From positions 222,706,001 through 222,770,000 of the forward strand of contig NC_058368.1 in the NCBI RefSeq assembly GCF_018350175.1: a stretch of DNA of 64,000 nucleotides. The letters run 5' to 3'. This DNA is from Felis catus. Its lineage: Eukaryota. Under the pieces are notes generated by a model. The model made no database searches. It saw only the letters and a program-made list of their open reading frames with translations, and was not told the origin of the DNA. This document shows, one piece after another, positions 50,620 to 63,083 of this stretch (the first letter of the stretch is position 1; every line of letters begins with the position of its first letter). Both the position numbers and the translations under genes were made by a program.

Positions 50620-52900
50620 CCCACATTATGTAATTGGTGCAAAATAATGCTGACCATTGATATGTTTTAAAAACAATGAAGGGGAGACTTGAGTGAAGAC
50701 TTGAAGGAGGTGAGGGATAAATTTTGGAAATATCTTGGGTAACAGAAGCCAAGGTAGAGAACAGAATATTATTAACCTGTGATAGGAGTTCAGAGTTACA
50801 AGTCTGAGAGAAAGAAACTTAGATCGAGAGGTCATGAAGCTACCGATTCCTTTTGACAATTGTAGGTAAAAACCTCTTTTACTCTGAAGGAAATGGGAAA
50901 ACAGTTAGGGTTGAATAGAAGAGTAACCTAGTCGATGTGTAAATTAAAAGTATTAACATGATTTTTGATGAGTACCCTTGAAGTGTGGCCTTGATGGGAA
51001 CGGGGAGACCAGGTAAGCAGCTACTGCCATAATTCAAGTTAGGTTTGATAGTGGTTTGGACCACTGTGGGATAATGGCCATGAAAAGAAGTGAGGAGGGA
51101 TTGGATCAAACAGAGTAGTATTTGTGAAGCTGAGTTTACAGGAAGAGAGAATGATCAACAGTGTCAAAGATACACACGTCTGAGAACGTCTTTGCCTTTC
51201 TCAGTAGATAACACTGATGGCTTCGCCAAATATAGTTTCAGTGGAGTAGAGGAAGAGAATGGGCACTGGGAATGCATTGTAGAGAGATGGGAAAAAAAAA
51301 AGCAGAGTTGCAAAGAAATAAAGTACTCTTAGAATAATTTTAGCTGTAATCGGAAAATTATAAGCTGGAAGAAAGAGGTGGGCCAAAAGAGATCATTTTT
51401 TTAGGATTGAATAAATAACAGCATGATGATGCAGTAGGGACAAGAAATTGATGGCACTGGAGATAGAGTACAGAATTGCTAGAGTGATGTTTTTGAGCAG
51501 TAAGAGACAAGTCCCCTACTTAGAATTGTGTTATGCATAGTGCATAGACGTACTGAATCTGGGGACAAATGGGAGTGGTAGTCTAGCTCAAGCTTACCAG
51601 CATTTGAATCCTAGCAAAGGGCTGAGTCCTTCAGAAGAAAAGCTTTTTTTTTTTTTTTTTTTTTTTTGCCAAGAATATTTTATAGAGATCAAGACCCTGG
51701 CAAGAGGGCTTTGGCAACAATACGCAAGTGGAGGAATTGCCCTTTGACCTACGAGCAGGAGTGAAGGCAGAGTATGCAGTATAGTTTTATACATGTAAAC
51801 AGGTACATTGATGTAAGGACAGATGATTGGACTTCATTTCTTGGAGAATTCACAGGCAAGGTTGTCAGCTAAATGTGAGTATGAAGGGAGAGATGGGTAT
51901 TTGAAGACCCTGGGAAAGGTACAGAAGACTCATTTAATAGAGGGGGAGAGAAAGGAAAAGAAGAATAAAGTTCCTTAATGTTGAGAGAATATGGACAGAA
52001 AATGTAAAATGATCAGGCAACATGGTCATGTGTTTTTCTCCAGTTATGTCAGTGCTCAGATTCAGGACTGGATTAGTAAAGAGTTACTTAACTAGGGTTA
52101 GGGAAGAAGCAAGTTGTATGACAAAATAAAGATGATATAGTTGAGGGTATATACAAGGGAGTCATTAAAACAACTGACCGTGGGATTTCAGCTTGGTTCT
52201 GATGTAAGAGGAAAATAGAAGGTTGATGAGGGAAGGTGAAAATATTGTAGGATCAATAAATATACATCTCCGTGGCATGATGGCTTATCAGAGTGGGTTT
52301 GCCGGAGGCAGTGAGTACAAGCAAGAAGTCAGGAAGTCGAACTGACAGAGTGTGATGCATGAAATTGAGATCACGGAGGAGGTGTTATTACAGGTAATGA
52401 ACGAGGTCTGGGTCACGACTGGAACTGAGTGGCTTGGGAGTATGCAAGACAAGTTTACAGGACTTTGAGGAACTGAGAAGCCAAAGTCTGGATAGGATTT
52501 CTGTCCATTCTGAGAATTGAGTCCATCAAAAATTCTGATGGGCAGAGTGATATTGACGTGGGAGCTAAGGCCATCAAGAATTGGGGGAGACCGGGGTCTC
52601 AGTAGATGATACATTAATGAGAGATCCAGAAGGATAATATAACATGGGATCAAATTGTCTCTGTAAGGTGGAGAATAGACTAGAAAAAGCAATGGGGGGA
52701 CAAGTAACATACAAGCCCCACCTTACTCGCAGGGTTGTAAGAGAATTACAAAAGAACAAAAATTCTCTACCACTTGGGAACCCTATGGGGGCAGTTCAGC
52801 AGTGTCCTCAAGAGAGACCCAAGCATTCATTAGAGCAAATTTGTAAAGAACACTTTCAGTGGGAAGGTGGAAGAGAGAGGGATTTTTACTTTGTAAAGGC
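50620..52900 (-). mobile_element. Long L2 relic including decayed endonuclease region
   Basis: L2 3' motifs (gaagacttgaaggaggtgaggga; ataattcaagttaggtttgatagtggtttggacc); minus ORF 52288-52710 (..ITCNNTSSVISISCITL..) resembles the L2 EN C-terminal motif. Confidence 0.8.
51508..51699 (+). mobile_element. Non-autonomous hAT-Tip100 DNA transposon (MER91A-like) inserted in L2
   Basis: CAAG...CCCTG ends; 8-bp TSD gtaagaga/gcaagagg; L2 resumes after it; internal ggggacaaatggg..agggctgagtcc motif. Confidence 0.6.
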
Positions 52901-53875
52901 GTAGCTCACTTGAGCAACCTCTAGGGAATTGAGAAAAGAAGAAGTGTACATGAGAGTTCTAATATCTCCTTCAATTAAGTGTTTTATTTCTGAAATAACC
53001 CTTTTAGTTTTAATGTTTTAAAAAATGTATTGTCTTTTAAATGTCAATACACACAAAAATGAAGAGAATAAGTGAGCTTTCTCAGAAAACCTGAGCAGAG
53101 TAACAATGCCTGTGATCTATGATAATGTGGACTAGTCACAATATACAATTCAACCTTGGTATCCTGCAAGGCCCCTTGAATCTTTCTCATCACCCTTTTA
53201 TCGTCTTTTCCTTTTCATTTGGTGGGAAAAAAATCATTATTGTCCGCTTCCTGCTGCCGTTCTGTTGCCACTGGTACTGATACACACTGTGTTGTAAAGA
53301 GGTTGGAAAACGGTAATGCTGGGCTGGCTTTTGCAAAGAAGTAGGCATGGGGGAATGATAATGTCTTCTTTGGATTGATTTCTAACACTAGAAAGTTCTT
53401 GGTCTAGTATTTCCATACAAGTTTTAATGCTTCTTGACTAGCATCTTTTACATTTACTTCTTTGATTTTATCACCTTGACATGTATCTTTTTACCAGTTT
53501 TAGTGTATTTTGCTATGAGCCCCATGTAACACAGCCATTCAACAACATCTTTGGTATATAGGGATAGTAAATTCAATGGTCTCTGGATTCTGTCACTCAT
53601 CTACCTCTGACACGGTCAATCAGTTTAAAGAACCGTTATCTCATGAAATCGTAATGTGACAAAGGTTTGTAATTATATTCATGAAGGTTAAAATATTTTA
53701 CAGGAAAGAAAATTGACCAGTTGTTACTGGGGAACAGAGCAAGAGCTCTTTAGAGAAAATAGGGAGACAATGAAAATATGTAGATGTTTATTATATGGAA
53801 ATGACTCTAAAAGAGTAGAAGATAGTTAAACATCAAAAGGGGGTGCCAACAGATGCCAGGTTATTGGCATCTTTT

Positions 53876-55038
53876 TTTTCTTTGTATATATTTGTTTCTA
53901 AAATTGAAATATATTTCACCTATGGCATTGTATAAATTTAAGGCATATAATGTCAATTCGATTAATTTATATATTGTAATATGTCTGCCTTTGTAGTGAT
54001 AATTATCACCTCTACCATGTTACATAATTATCCTTCCTTTTTAGTAGTTGGAATAGTTGAATTGTAGCCTCTTCACAAGTTTAATTATTGTAATACACTT
54101 GTCTATATTCTATACTCCACTGTGCATTAGATCACTAAGGCTTTTATTGTTCGTTGCAAGTTTGTACCTTTAGGGTCTGTTTTGTCCCTCAACTTCCATC
54201 CCCTGGTTTACTCTCTGTTTTTATGAGTTGGGCTTTTTTAGATTCCACATATCATACAGTACTTGTCTTTCTTTTTCTGAATTATCTCACTTAGAGTGAT
54301 GTACCCAAGGCCCATCTGTATTGTCAAATGGCAGGATGTTTTTCTGTCTCATGGCGAAATAATATTCCATTAGATGGATAGATAGATAGGTAGATAGATA
54401 GATAGATAGATCTTTATGCATTTATCTACTGATGGACACTTAGGTTGTTTCCTTATCTTGGCCATTGTGAATAATGCTACAATAAACATAGGATCATAGG
54501 ATCTCTCTTTGATATCCTATTTTCATTTCCTTTGGGTATGTATGTGGAAGTGGAATTGCTGAATTCTATGGTAGATCTATTTTTAACCTTTTGAGACAAC
54601 TCCAAATAGTTTTCCATAGTAATTGAACCAATTGACCTTCCACCAACTATGTACAGTGTTTCCTTTTTTATCCACATCCTCACTAGTACCCGTTACCTCT
54701 TTTCTTCCTGATCAGAACCATTCTAACAGGTGTGAGGTGCTTTTTCATTTTGGTTTTGATTTGCATTTTTTTAATGATTAGTAATATTGATCATCTTTTC
54801 ACATACCTATTGGCCATTTGGATGTCTTCTTCGGGAAAATGTCTATTTGGTTCCTCTGCCCATGTTTTAATGGAATTATTATTATCTTTTGTTATTGAGT
54901 TGTCTGAGAGATTTAGATAGATATTTGGGTATTAATCCCTTATCTCATATATGGTTTATGAAACTTTTCTCCCATTCTGTAGCTTGTGTTTTTATTTGAA
55001 TTGTTTCCTTTGCTATGCAGAAATTTTTGAATTAAATG
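53876..55038 (-). mobile_element. 5'-truncated L1 (L1MA-like 3' end) with (GATA)n at ~54371-54410
   Basis: 3' UTR plus antisense ORF2 end; TSD tatt(g/t)gcatctttt at 53862-53875 and 55039-55052. Confidence 0.9.
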
Positions 55039-55243
55039 TATTTGCATCTTTTCATGTCAACGAGAGCAATGTGCTTTGATCTTATTTGTGTTAAATAATA
55101 ATTAAATTAAAATGTGAAAATTAAAATTAAAATAATAATCTAAAGTTAAAATGGGAATATTAACAGCCAAAGGATAGGACATTAAATAAGGAAGAGTAAT
55201 ACTAGAACATTTAGACATCCCCCTCACTTCATGGCAAACTTCT

Positions 55244-55459
55244 TAAAAATATTTTTTTTACGTTTATTTATTTTTGAGACAGGGAGAAACAAAGCATGAA
55301 CTGGGGAGGGTCAGAGAGAGGGAGACACAGAATCTGAAACAGGCTCCAGGCTCTGAGCTGTCAGCACAGAGCCCGACGCAGGGCTCGAACTCACGGATCA
55401 CGAGATCATGACCTGAGCCGAAGTCGGCCGCTTAACCAACTGAGCCACCCAGGCGCCCC
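55244..55459 (-). mobile_element. Can-SINE
   Basis: TSD tca(t/a)ggcaaacttct at 55229-55243 and 55460-55474. Confidence 0.96.
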
Positions 55460-55474
55460 TCAAGGCAAACTTCT

Positions 55475-55900
55475 ATTGTTCTCTGTTTTAGTAAATCATA
55501 CTAACTATAGATAATAACTCAAGCCAGAAATTTCTCCTCCTTCTTTCTCTTCCCTTGTCATTTCCATCCATTCTAGCACCTTATTATATAATCATCGATT
55601 TATTTATTTATGCATTCATTAAGTAAGTAAGTAAGCAAGTATGCTAGCCAGTGTTCTTGGTATAGTGGTGAAAAAGACCTTACATGCAACTAAATGCCAG
55701 TTTTATCTCCTAGACATTTCTACAGCCTTTCCACCTCTTTCTATCCTGATGCCACAGCCAAGCCACTGAGTTTTCTCAGCCGAGCAACTGTCATAATCCC
55801 TTGGTAGCTGGTTGGCCTACAATTCTTGCCACTTTCCTTTTTATAGCCAGATCTTAAATGTTTAATTTCTAAATCCTTAATTTAGCTTCCAGAGCTTCTA
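55475..55900 (+). mobile_element. L2 relic
   Basis: ctcaagccagaaa..; ttttatctcctagacatttc..tttctatcctgatgccacagcc. Confidence 0.5.
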
Positions 55901-56050
55901 AAATCTAGGTGAGCTATTACATTTCCCTCCTTTGAGAAGAGGAGTCTTCTCAAACTTGTATGGAAAAAGTACAGTTTTTATCATACATAGACCTAATTTT
56001 TATGATTACCATTTTATTTTTAAGTAGAGGTAGCCATTTTTGCTATTTTT

Positions 56051-56254
56051 TAATGTCTATTTTTTTTAACTTTTGAGAAAGAGACAGAGCACAGGTGGGG
56101 GAGTGCAGAGAGAGAGGGACACACAGCATCCGAAGCAGGCTCCAGGCTCTGAGCTGTAGGCACAGAGCCCAACACAGGGCTCAAACACACGGACAGTGAG
56201 ATCATGACTTGAGCTGAAGTCAGACACTCAACTGCTTGACCAACTCCGGTGCCC
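56051..56254 (-). mobile_element. Can-SINE
   Basis: Body; flanked by ccattt(t/a)tgctatt. Confidence 0.93.
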
Positions 56255-56270
56255 CCATTTATGCTATTAT

Positions 56271-56480
56271 TTATAAGTTTATTTACTTATTTTGAGAGAG
56301 ACAGAGACAGCATGAGTGGGGGTGTGGTAGAAGGAGAGGGAGAGAGAGAATCCCAAGCAGGATCTGTGCTGCCAGCCCAGAACCCAACATGGGGCTCAAA
56401 CTCATGAAAACGTAAGATCATGACCTGAGCTGAAAAGCAAGAGTTGGATCCTTAACAAACCGAACCACCCAGGTGCCCCC
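56271..56480 (-). mobile_element. Can-SINE (older subfamily)
   Basis: Body; followed by tatttttgctattttt. Confidence 0.93.
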
Positions 56481-58569
56481 TATTTTTGCTATTTTTGACC
56501 TTTAAGAATCATAGTAGATTATAAATACTGATATGTTGAATGAAAGTTGGCTCTGGAATCGGAGATAGAAAAGGTTGGTTACCAGTACTACATTGTGCAC
56601 AGTAGCCAGATTGACTTACGTAGCCACTGAATCAAATAATCTTTAGTTCAAATAATTTCATTTGTATGTATTTTGATGAACAACACCCATGTTTTTTAAG
56701 ACTTTTGAGTCATAGGACATTGCCAGGCTATCTTTAATTCTGCCATCATCCATTTCATACTCTCCTTCTCTTTTTCTTGCACAAAGACAAAATTACCTTT
56801 ATTCGCCAACCACAATTTCAGAATATTTATTAAGATATTTACTGATCATTTTATGAGAGCTAGGAAAGTAGAACACATTCCTCTGCCCAATTTACTGTTA
56901 AGATGTTAGATTTGCTAAAATAACAAGCCTGTTTTGTTATCTGTCTATGAGGACAGGCATGATGAAAGAGCCAAGCAAAGATGTGCCTTTCCCTAAAAGA
57001 CTAAAAGTCCATGTCCCTCATAAGGAAAATAATCCTATTGAGATTAGAGTCACTTATGATGCATTGCTCCTTGTAGTGAAAAGACAACTTGTAACAACCA
57101 GATTGCCTGTGCATGGCTAGGACTAGGAAAAGGTAAAATGTGGCTGTTACTCATATTCTCCACTGAGAGCTTAATGCAAAAATAATTTCAGTGATTGGAG
57201 GAACAATGAAATTCTGAAATGTACTGTAATTATTAATCCTTATTCTGTATTTATCTAAACTAGGTAAACTTTATGTGTTGGCTCTAAACAGTATCTGAAA
57301 TGTAAACTTATGATAGCTGATACATAATTTATATAGCAACAGAGAACTCAAATTCAAATGGCACAGCAAGTCTGCAAGATTTTATTGATTTTCTGATAAA
57401 GAACGTCCCAATCTCATATAACAAAATCATGCACTGAACACTGTATTCTTGTGTTATAACTCATAGCCTGATAAATCAGTTTACTTTCAGTAATTACCTG
57501 GAAATGATCTCCCTAGCCCTGACGTTCATTAGTCAGTGGAAATGAAAATGGCAGAGAAACCAATAGCGTCTAATTTGGAAAGTATTTAAATGCTTATAGA
57601 TTTCTAAGCATGACTAGAAATTGGGAAACCTGCTTCCCCTTCCAGACGATCAATACAGACACATATTAGAAACCAGAAAGTCGGACTTCTCAAGGGCAAT
57701 GATTTAATACCCCTGCAAATGTGAATGAACCACTGCTTTCCTATGTCTTTATTAGCAGATGTGGAACCTCAATTACAGATTTAAAATTAGAAGTGCATAA
57801 TAAAATCATAAATCTACTGATCTGCATAGTTTGTCACCTTAATTAACAATTGATATTTTAAATTACTCTTTCATGCTTTAATTCCTCGAGTACATTGTAT
57901 TCTACGTTTTATTGTATTGTAGAGAGTAGTGAAGACTGCATTTGAAATTACGTTAATGCAAAATTCGAATTAAAATATGTTTGGAGACATTAAAAATCTT
58001 AACATAGTTTCTCAGAAAAATAATTACAATTAGAATACCAATGTATGTTTACTCAGACTGCATAAACAGAACAATATCCATAATTTGGCATGTTGGCCAG
58101 AAGGACAAATTGACATTTTATTAAAATAAGTTTAAAGAAAGAGGCTTTCACAACATCTCATTCAACTATAAGAGTTATAAAACTATTTCTAAAAATCATA
58201 CTCAATAAATATTATCTATTTATTGCTTTATACATATTTAAGACAGGTATAAACATAAAATTTTAAAACTATAACTTGGAAAATATCATTTGCTTTTTAA
58301 AATTTCAGTTTAACAACAGAGGTCTGTGATGATACAATATTCTGGAATAAAATATTTTTGTGTTATAATCCGTATTTGCAGCTTTCTACAAAGAAAAGAA
58401 AAAGGAACAAAAGACTTACTTTTTGGTAGTGGTGGTATGCAAATACCATTCTTGATGTTGATGATCCTGTTATAGGATCAGCAGCTGTTACGACTTCCTA
58501 CTGAATTCTTACTGCAATCGTGTCCCATCTCCAGAATGTACTAATTACCTGTTCTTTGTTTTATCTTCA

Positions 58570-59460
58570 GTCTTCCCTGCGCTGATTCTCCCCTTTATAC
58601 CCCAAAGCATCCTCAACTCATTCCTGTAAAATGCGGTACCACATACACGTTGCCTGGGCTAGCTCACACCATCATAGCATTCACACACTTTGGAAAACGT
58701 AGTCACGCTCAGTGCCTCTCCTCCTTCTGGTCTATTCTCTCATCGCCATGTGCGCATCCAGGACTGCCCTGTTCTGTACCCCTCCCCTGGCACTGCTCTA
58801 AAAGTTCACCAATATCCAACTAACTGGCAAATTTAGTGTCTTCTCACCCCTTCTTTTTTTTTTTTCAGCGTTTTTATTTATTTTTGGGACAGAGAGAGAC
58901 AGAGCATGAACGGGGGAGGGGTAGAGAGAGAGGGAGACACAGAATAGGAAACAGGCTCCAGGCTCCGAGCCATCAGCCCAGAGCCTGACGCGGGGCTCGA
59001 ACTCACAGACCGCGAGATCGTGACCTGGCTGAAGTCGGACGCTTAACCGACTGCGCCACCCAGGCGCCCCTCACCCCTTCTTATCTTACTCATACTCTCT
59101 GTAATATTTGACACCTGGCTTTTTGTGTCTCTCAGTTTTACCAACTTTAACTCTTTGTCTCTCTTTTGTCTTCATTCTCCTTACAGGGTTTACTTGTTTA
59201 TCCTACAATTCAAGATCATGATTTTCCAAGGTTTTCTTTTCAGCACTCTTCCTTTCTCCGTCTTCTAACTCTCCATTGTCATTCTCAGTCACTCATCCCA
59301 TTTCATAATCACACCGATGTTGACATTCTTCAGGTATGTCTCCTCTTGCCTGGGAAAGAACAACCTCATTGCTGTCTATCGGAATTTGGTACGTGGATGT
59401 GTCACACCTTCCACTGCAAGATATCCTTATTGTCATCATCCTCATACACGCCTGTTCTTT
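58570..59460 (+). mobile_element. L2 relic (RT region)
   Basis: actgctctaaaagttcaccaat (TAL.KVTN-like) ..ctctctgtaatatttgacac (LS..FDT-like); interrupted by a SINE. Confidence 0.65.
58856..59070 (-). mobile_element. Young SINEC_Fc-type SINE
   Basis: Perfect TSD tcaccccttctt at 58844-58855 and 59071-59082; CpGs intact. Confidence 0.97.
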
Positions 59461-59937
59461 GAATGACTGAGTTTACATTATGTCTTTTTCATCTGTTTTG
59501 CTTTTCCATTCTATTTGTATTTATATTTATTTGTGGTTCCATACATTTACCTTTACATTTATTTACAATTAGCTCCTTTACATCCTTGACGATCACTCTA
59601 AAAACATAAAGCAAGAAGACAGAGACAGTTTGCTACAAATCCTCAAGGTACAGAGCCTCACTATTTCAAAGGAACGTGATCATCTAGTTCTATTGTGTTG
59701 TGCTCACTTGCACTAAGATATACTGTACCCAATCACATTCATATCCTTATTTGCATACAATGGCCACACGTTTGCAAATACATTTAATGTGTACTCCTAA
59801 GATGGACTCACTATGGCCAACTCATTTATACTCACGTGCAAATGTGGCTCTGTTCCTTTTGCCTTTGGTTTGTCAGTATCTTCTTGGTCTACTCCTCAGT
59901 GTTTTTCCTTATAAACTTGAGGTTCTTCTCTTCCAGG

Positions 59938-60235
59938 GTCATTAGTTAGGGTGCCTCTATGTAAATTAAGGCAAAACATAACTTGAACTGTATTAAACAG
60001 GTCAGAGAAGTTATTGATTTTCATGCATCCAAAATCCTCAGGAAAAGGACATGGTCTATTTCACTCATTTTTGTTCTGCCCCACTTGTTAGTGTGCCCTT
60101 TGAGTGGATCTCGTTATGTAACTGGATAATAGTGACCGTCTCAGGGCTCTACATTTAGTCAAACTAACCTGAAGAGAGAGAACTTCTATCATAGAAAAAC
60201 CAATCAAATCTGATGTCTGATGTGATCAAATAGAT
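59938..60235 (-). mobile_element. Possible old MaLR LTR relic
   Basis: tagttagggtgc..aaacataacttgaactgtattaaacag..ttattgattttcat. Confidence 0.35.
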
Positions 60236-60259
60236 AACATTCCTCACTATTACTGTTCT

Positions 60260-60482
60260 TTTTTTTTTTTAATTTTTTTTAACGTTTATTTATTTTTGGG
60301 ACAGAGAGAGACAGAGCATGAACGGGGGAGGGTCAGGGAGAGGGGGAGACACAGAGTCGGAAACAGGCTCCAGGCTCCGAGCCATCAGCCCAGAGCCCGA
60401 CGCGGGGCTCGAACTCACGGACTGCGAGATCGTGACTTGGCTGAAGTCGGACGCTTAACCGACTGCGCCACCCAGGCGCCCC
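60260..60482 (-). mobile_element. Young SINEC_Fc-type SINE
   Basis: Perfect TSD tcactattactgttct at 60244-60259 and 60484-60499. Confidence 0.97.
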
Positions 60483-61158
60483 ATCACTATTACTGTTCTA
60501 ACTAACTTTCAAAGTTCAAATCTTGTATCTTTGGTTATGTCTTCTGGGCCTTGTCAGTTTGACTCTTTCTTTATACTCTCATTATTTTACTAATCCCAGT
60601 CTGATATCCAGAACGTCTAAGTTCATACAGAATCGTATAACAAAAGCAAAGAAAAATATCATTAAATGAATATTGCCAACAACAGAGAAAACAGTGCCCA
60701 AGATGTGAATGAACCTTCTTCAATCTTTAAATTCCTGGCTATCTTTAATATGTTTTGTAATGGAAAAATCGAATTTTGTAATTGAAAAATCTCAAGTAAT
60801 TAAATTAAACTTTTGTTTTATTTTGCTATACAGTGTTTTCTATAGTATAATATCATGCCCTGGAAAGTAGCCATTTCTTTGTGTTCACTAAAGTACAAGA
60901 CCAGATCAAGATGCAATTCAATCATGGGCAAATTTTCTGGAAAAAAGCCAATACTGTAGAAAATATTTAAACATGTTAAACCAGGGCATTTTTAACTGTG
61001 TTATATTTAAAACACTGTACTCACCCCAGTAGTTTTGCTTTGGAGGTTGTGACTCTATGGTAAGATGATCTTAGAAATGCAAAATGGAACATCTTTAGGT
61101 TTCAAAATAGAGTTTTGGGTGGAAACCATGAAGTAGTAGTCTTAGAAACAATTGATAT

Positions 61159-61318
61159 GGGGGCGCTTGGGTGGCTCAGTCAGTTAAGCATCGGACTTCA
61201 GCTCAGGTCATGATCTAATGGTCCATGAGTTTGAGCCCCGTGTTGGACTCTGTGCTGACAGCTCAGAGCCTAGAGCCTGCTTTGGATTCTGTATCTCCCT
61301 CTCTCTCTCTGCCCCTAC

Positions 61319-61363
<45 letters not shown>

Positions 61364-61385
61364 ATAAACATTACAAAAAATTAAA
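61159..61385 (+). mobile_element. Can-SINE
   Basis: TSD acaattgatat. Confidence 0.95.
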
Positions 61386-61399
61386 ACACAATTGATATT

Positions 61400-61605
61400 G
61401 GATCAGAATATGTAGTTCAAATCTTGACTTTTATTTGGACAAGTTGTTTCCCTACTTCTCTCTCAGTTTCCACATCTGTGCAACATGGGATTATAATAGT
61501 ATATACTGCATAGGGTTATTTTAATGATTAACTAATGCAAACAAAACCCTTACTCTGTTCACACATAGTGAACATTCACAAAAACTATGATAATGATGAT
61601 GATGG
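61400..61605 (+). mobile_element. MIR
   Basis: gttcaaatcttgact..tggacaagtt..ctcagtttccacatctgtgcaacatgggattataatagt..catagggttattttaatgatta. Confidence 0.8.
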
Positions 61606-62040
61606 TGATTGTATCCACTCTGGAGAAATACTCTAAAAGCCATAATTAATTGTTTTGCAAGTGCTTAATTTTAGTGAGAAAAGACTTTTCTTTGAATTGC
61701 AAAAGTCAGGATTTAAATCTTGAAAATGAAATTTGGAAGACTGAGCCAAAAAAAAAAAATAAGTAGAAAGGAATAATTATACACTGTGGTTAATAGTTCT
61801 TCCTCTTGGCTGAAAAGAAACAAGATTTTATCCAGTAAGCAGGAAGGAGAGGTTTGTAAAGCATGAGGAAAATGTAAGGGTAAGAGAAGAAGCATGAAAA
61901 TAAGTTTTTACCTTATTCCTTTTCAAAGACAAACCATAAGAGCGATAGCTATAAACAGGTCTGGGGAATCCTAGAGCATACTTGTACTTTCCTCCTGGGG
62001 CATAGCCTCAGAAGATTAGAGCTTCCCGGAGGTCCTCGCC

Positions 62041-62535
62041 ATCCAATATACTACTGAACTTTCATGGCAATTTGATTTGGGGATATCTGTAGCTGAAGAA
62101 GGTATCTGGGATAGATATGGAGAAGTTTGAAGATATAAGCAAATCTTAGCTTGATCACAAGAAGTAAGGGATTTCCAGATAACCAAGATAATGTACAGAA
62201 GGCTGACTGGGCCATAAACGGGGCGATAAGAATATAGCATTCATGAATCTCACAACAGGATTCTGTAGTGAGACATGTCACACATTATGAGGAGATACAT
62301 GACACGGACATGGCTGTCAGACACCCCAAACTGAGCCTGCCAGCAAGATTCAGCAGGAACCAGGGAGAGCAGTTGGTGGTCATGCTGATCTCCTAGAGTC
62401 CTTTAGGAATACTGAAATTCCCAAGGCATGCATTTCATCCCAGAGAAAATGGGAATACAGACTCTTAAAATTTGGTTTTACATTGGCTATGATTGACAGC
62501 TTAAAGAGATACATTTTACACTCACTCTCAGTGGC
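62041..62535 (+). mobile_element. Candidate ancient L1/Tx1-clade ORF2 C-terminal relic
   Basis: Decayed translation WQFDLGISVAEEGIW...RDFQITKIMYRR...HPKL...SPLGIL...LLKFGFTLA..KRYIL. Confidence 0.5.
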
Positions 62536-62767
62536 AGTAGGAATTTGTGTATTCAGTTAAGTTCTTTAACATAAACAAAAAGAAAGTGAAACACCAAAAT
62601 TTGGTAAACCTGTTTGGGATTTAATGTGTGATTGTATTAGTTTTATATTACATTGTTTTAAAAAAATCTACCACCATATGCAATACATGTGCACTAACAT
62701 TTTGTCATATTCACTGCAGATTCTATGAGGTAAGAAATAAAGTTATACATACAGTGCATTAGAATTT

Positions 62768-63083
62768 TGCATAGGGTTATTTTGATGATTAATTAATGCA
62801 AACAAAACTCTTGCACAGTGACACATAGTAAGCATTCACAAAAATGGTGATGATGATGATGATGGTGGTGGTGATTATATTCATTCTTGAGAAATACTCT
62901 AAAAGCCAGGGTTAATTGGTTTGCAAATGTTCAATTGCATTGAGAGAAACAAACAAACAAAAAAAAAGACTTTCTTTGGAATTGCAAAAGCTTGGATTCA
63001 AATCTTGAGAATGAAATTTAAAGGACTAAGTGAGCATAAAGGTATGCATAGAATGAATAATTATGTATTATACTTAATAGCCT
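62768..63083 (+). repeat. Diverged direct copy of 61507-61798
   Basis: Collinear shared blocks tgcatagggttatttt, taatgcaaacaaaac, acacatagt, gagaaatactctaaaagcc, gaattgcaaaag, aaatcttga.aatgaaattt, gaataattat. Confidence 0.9.

Noticed and set aside
58386..58470. Minus-strand gtaagt donor and strong acceptor nearby, plus two small hairpins
   Set aside because: The implied intron is only ~34 nt and the flanking frames are unrecognisable.
61025..61069. Minus-strand 45-nt candidate exon with gtgagt donor
   Set aside because: Plausible splice signals but no recognisable peptide or partner exons.
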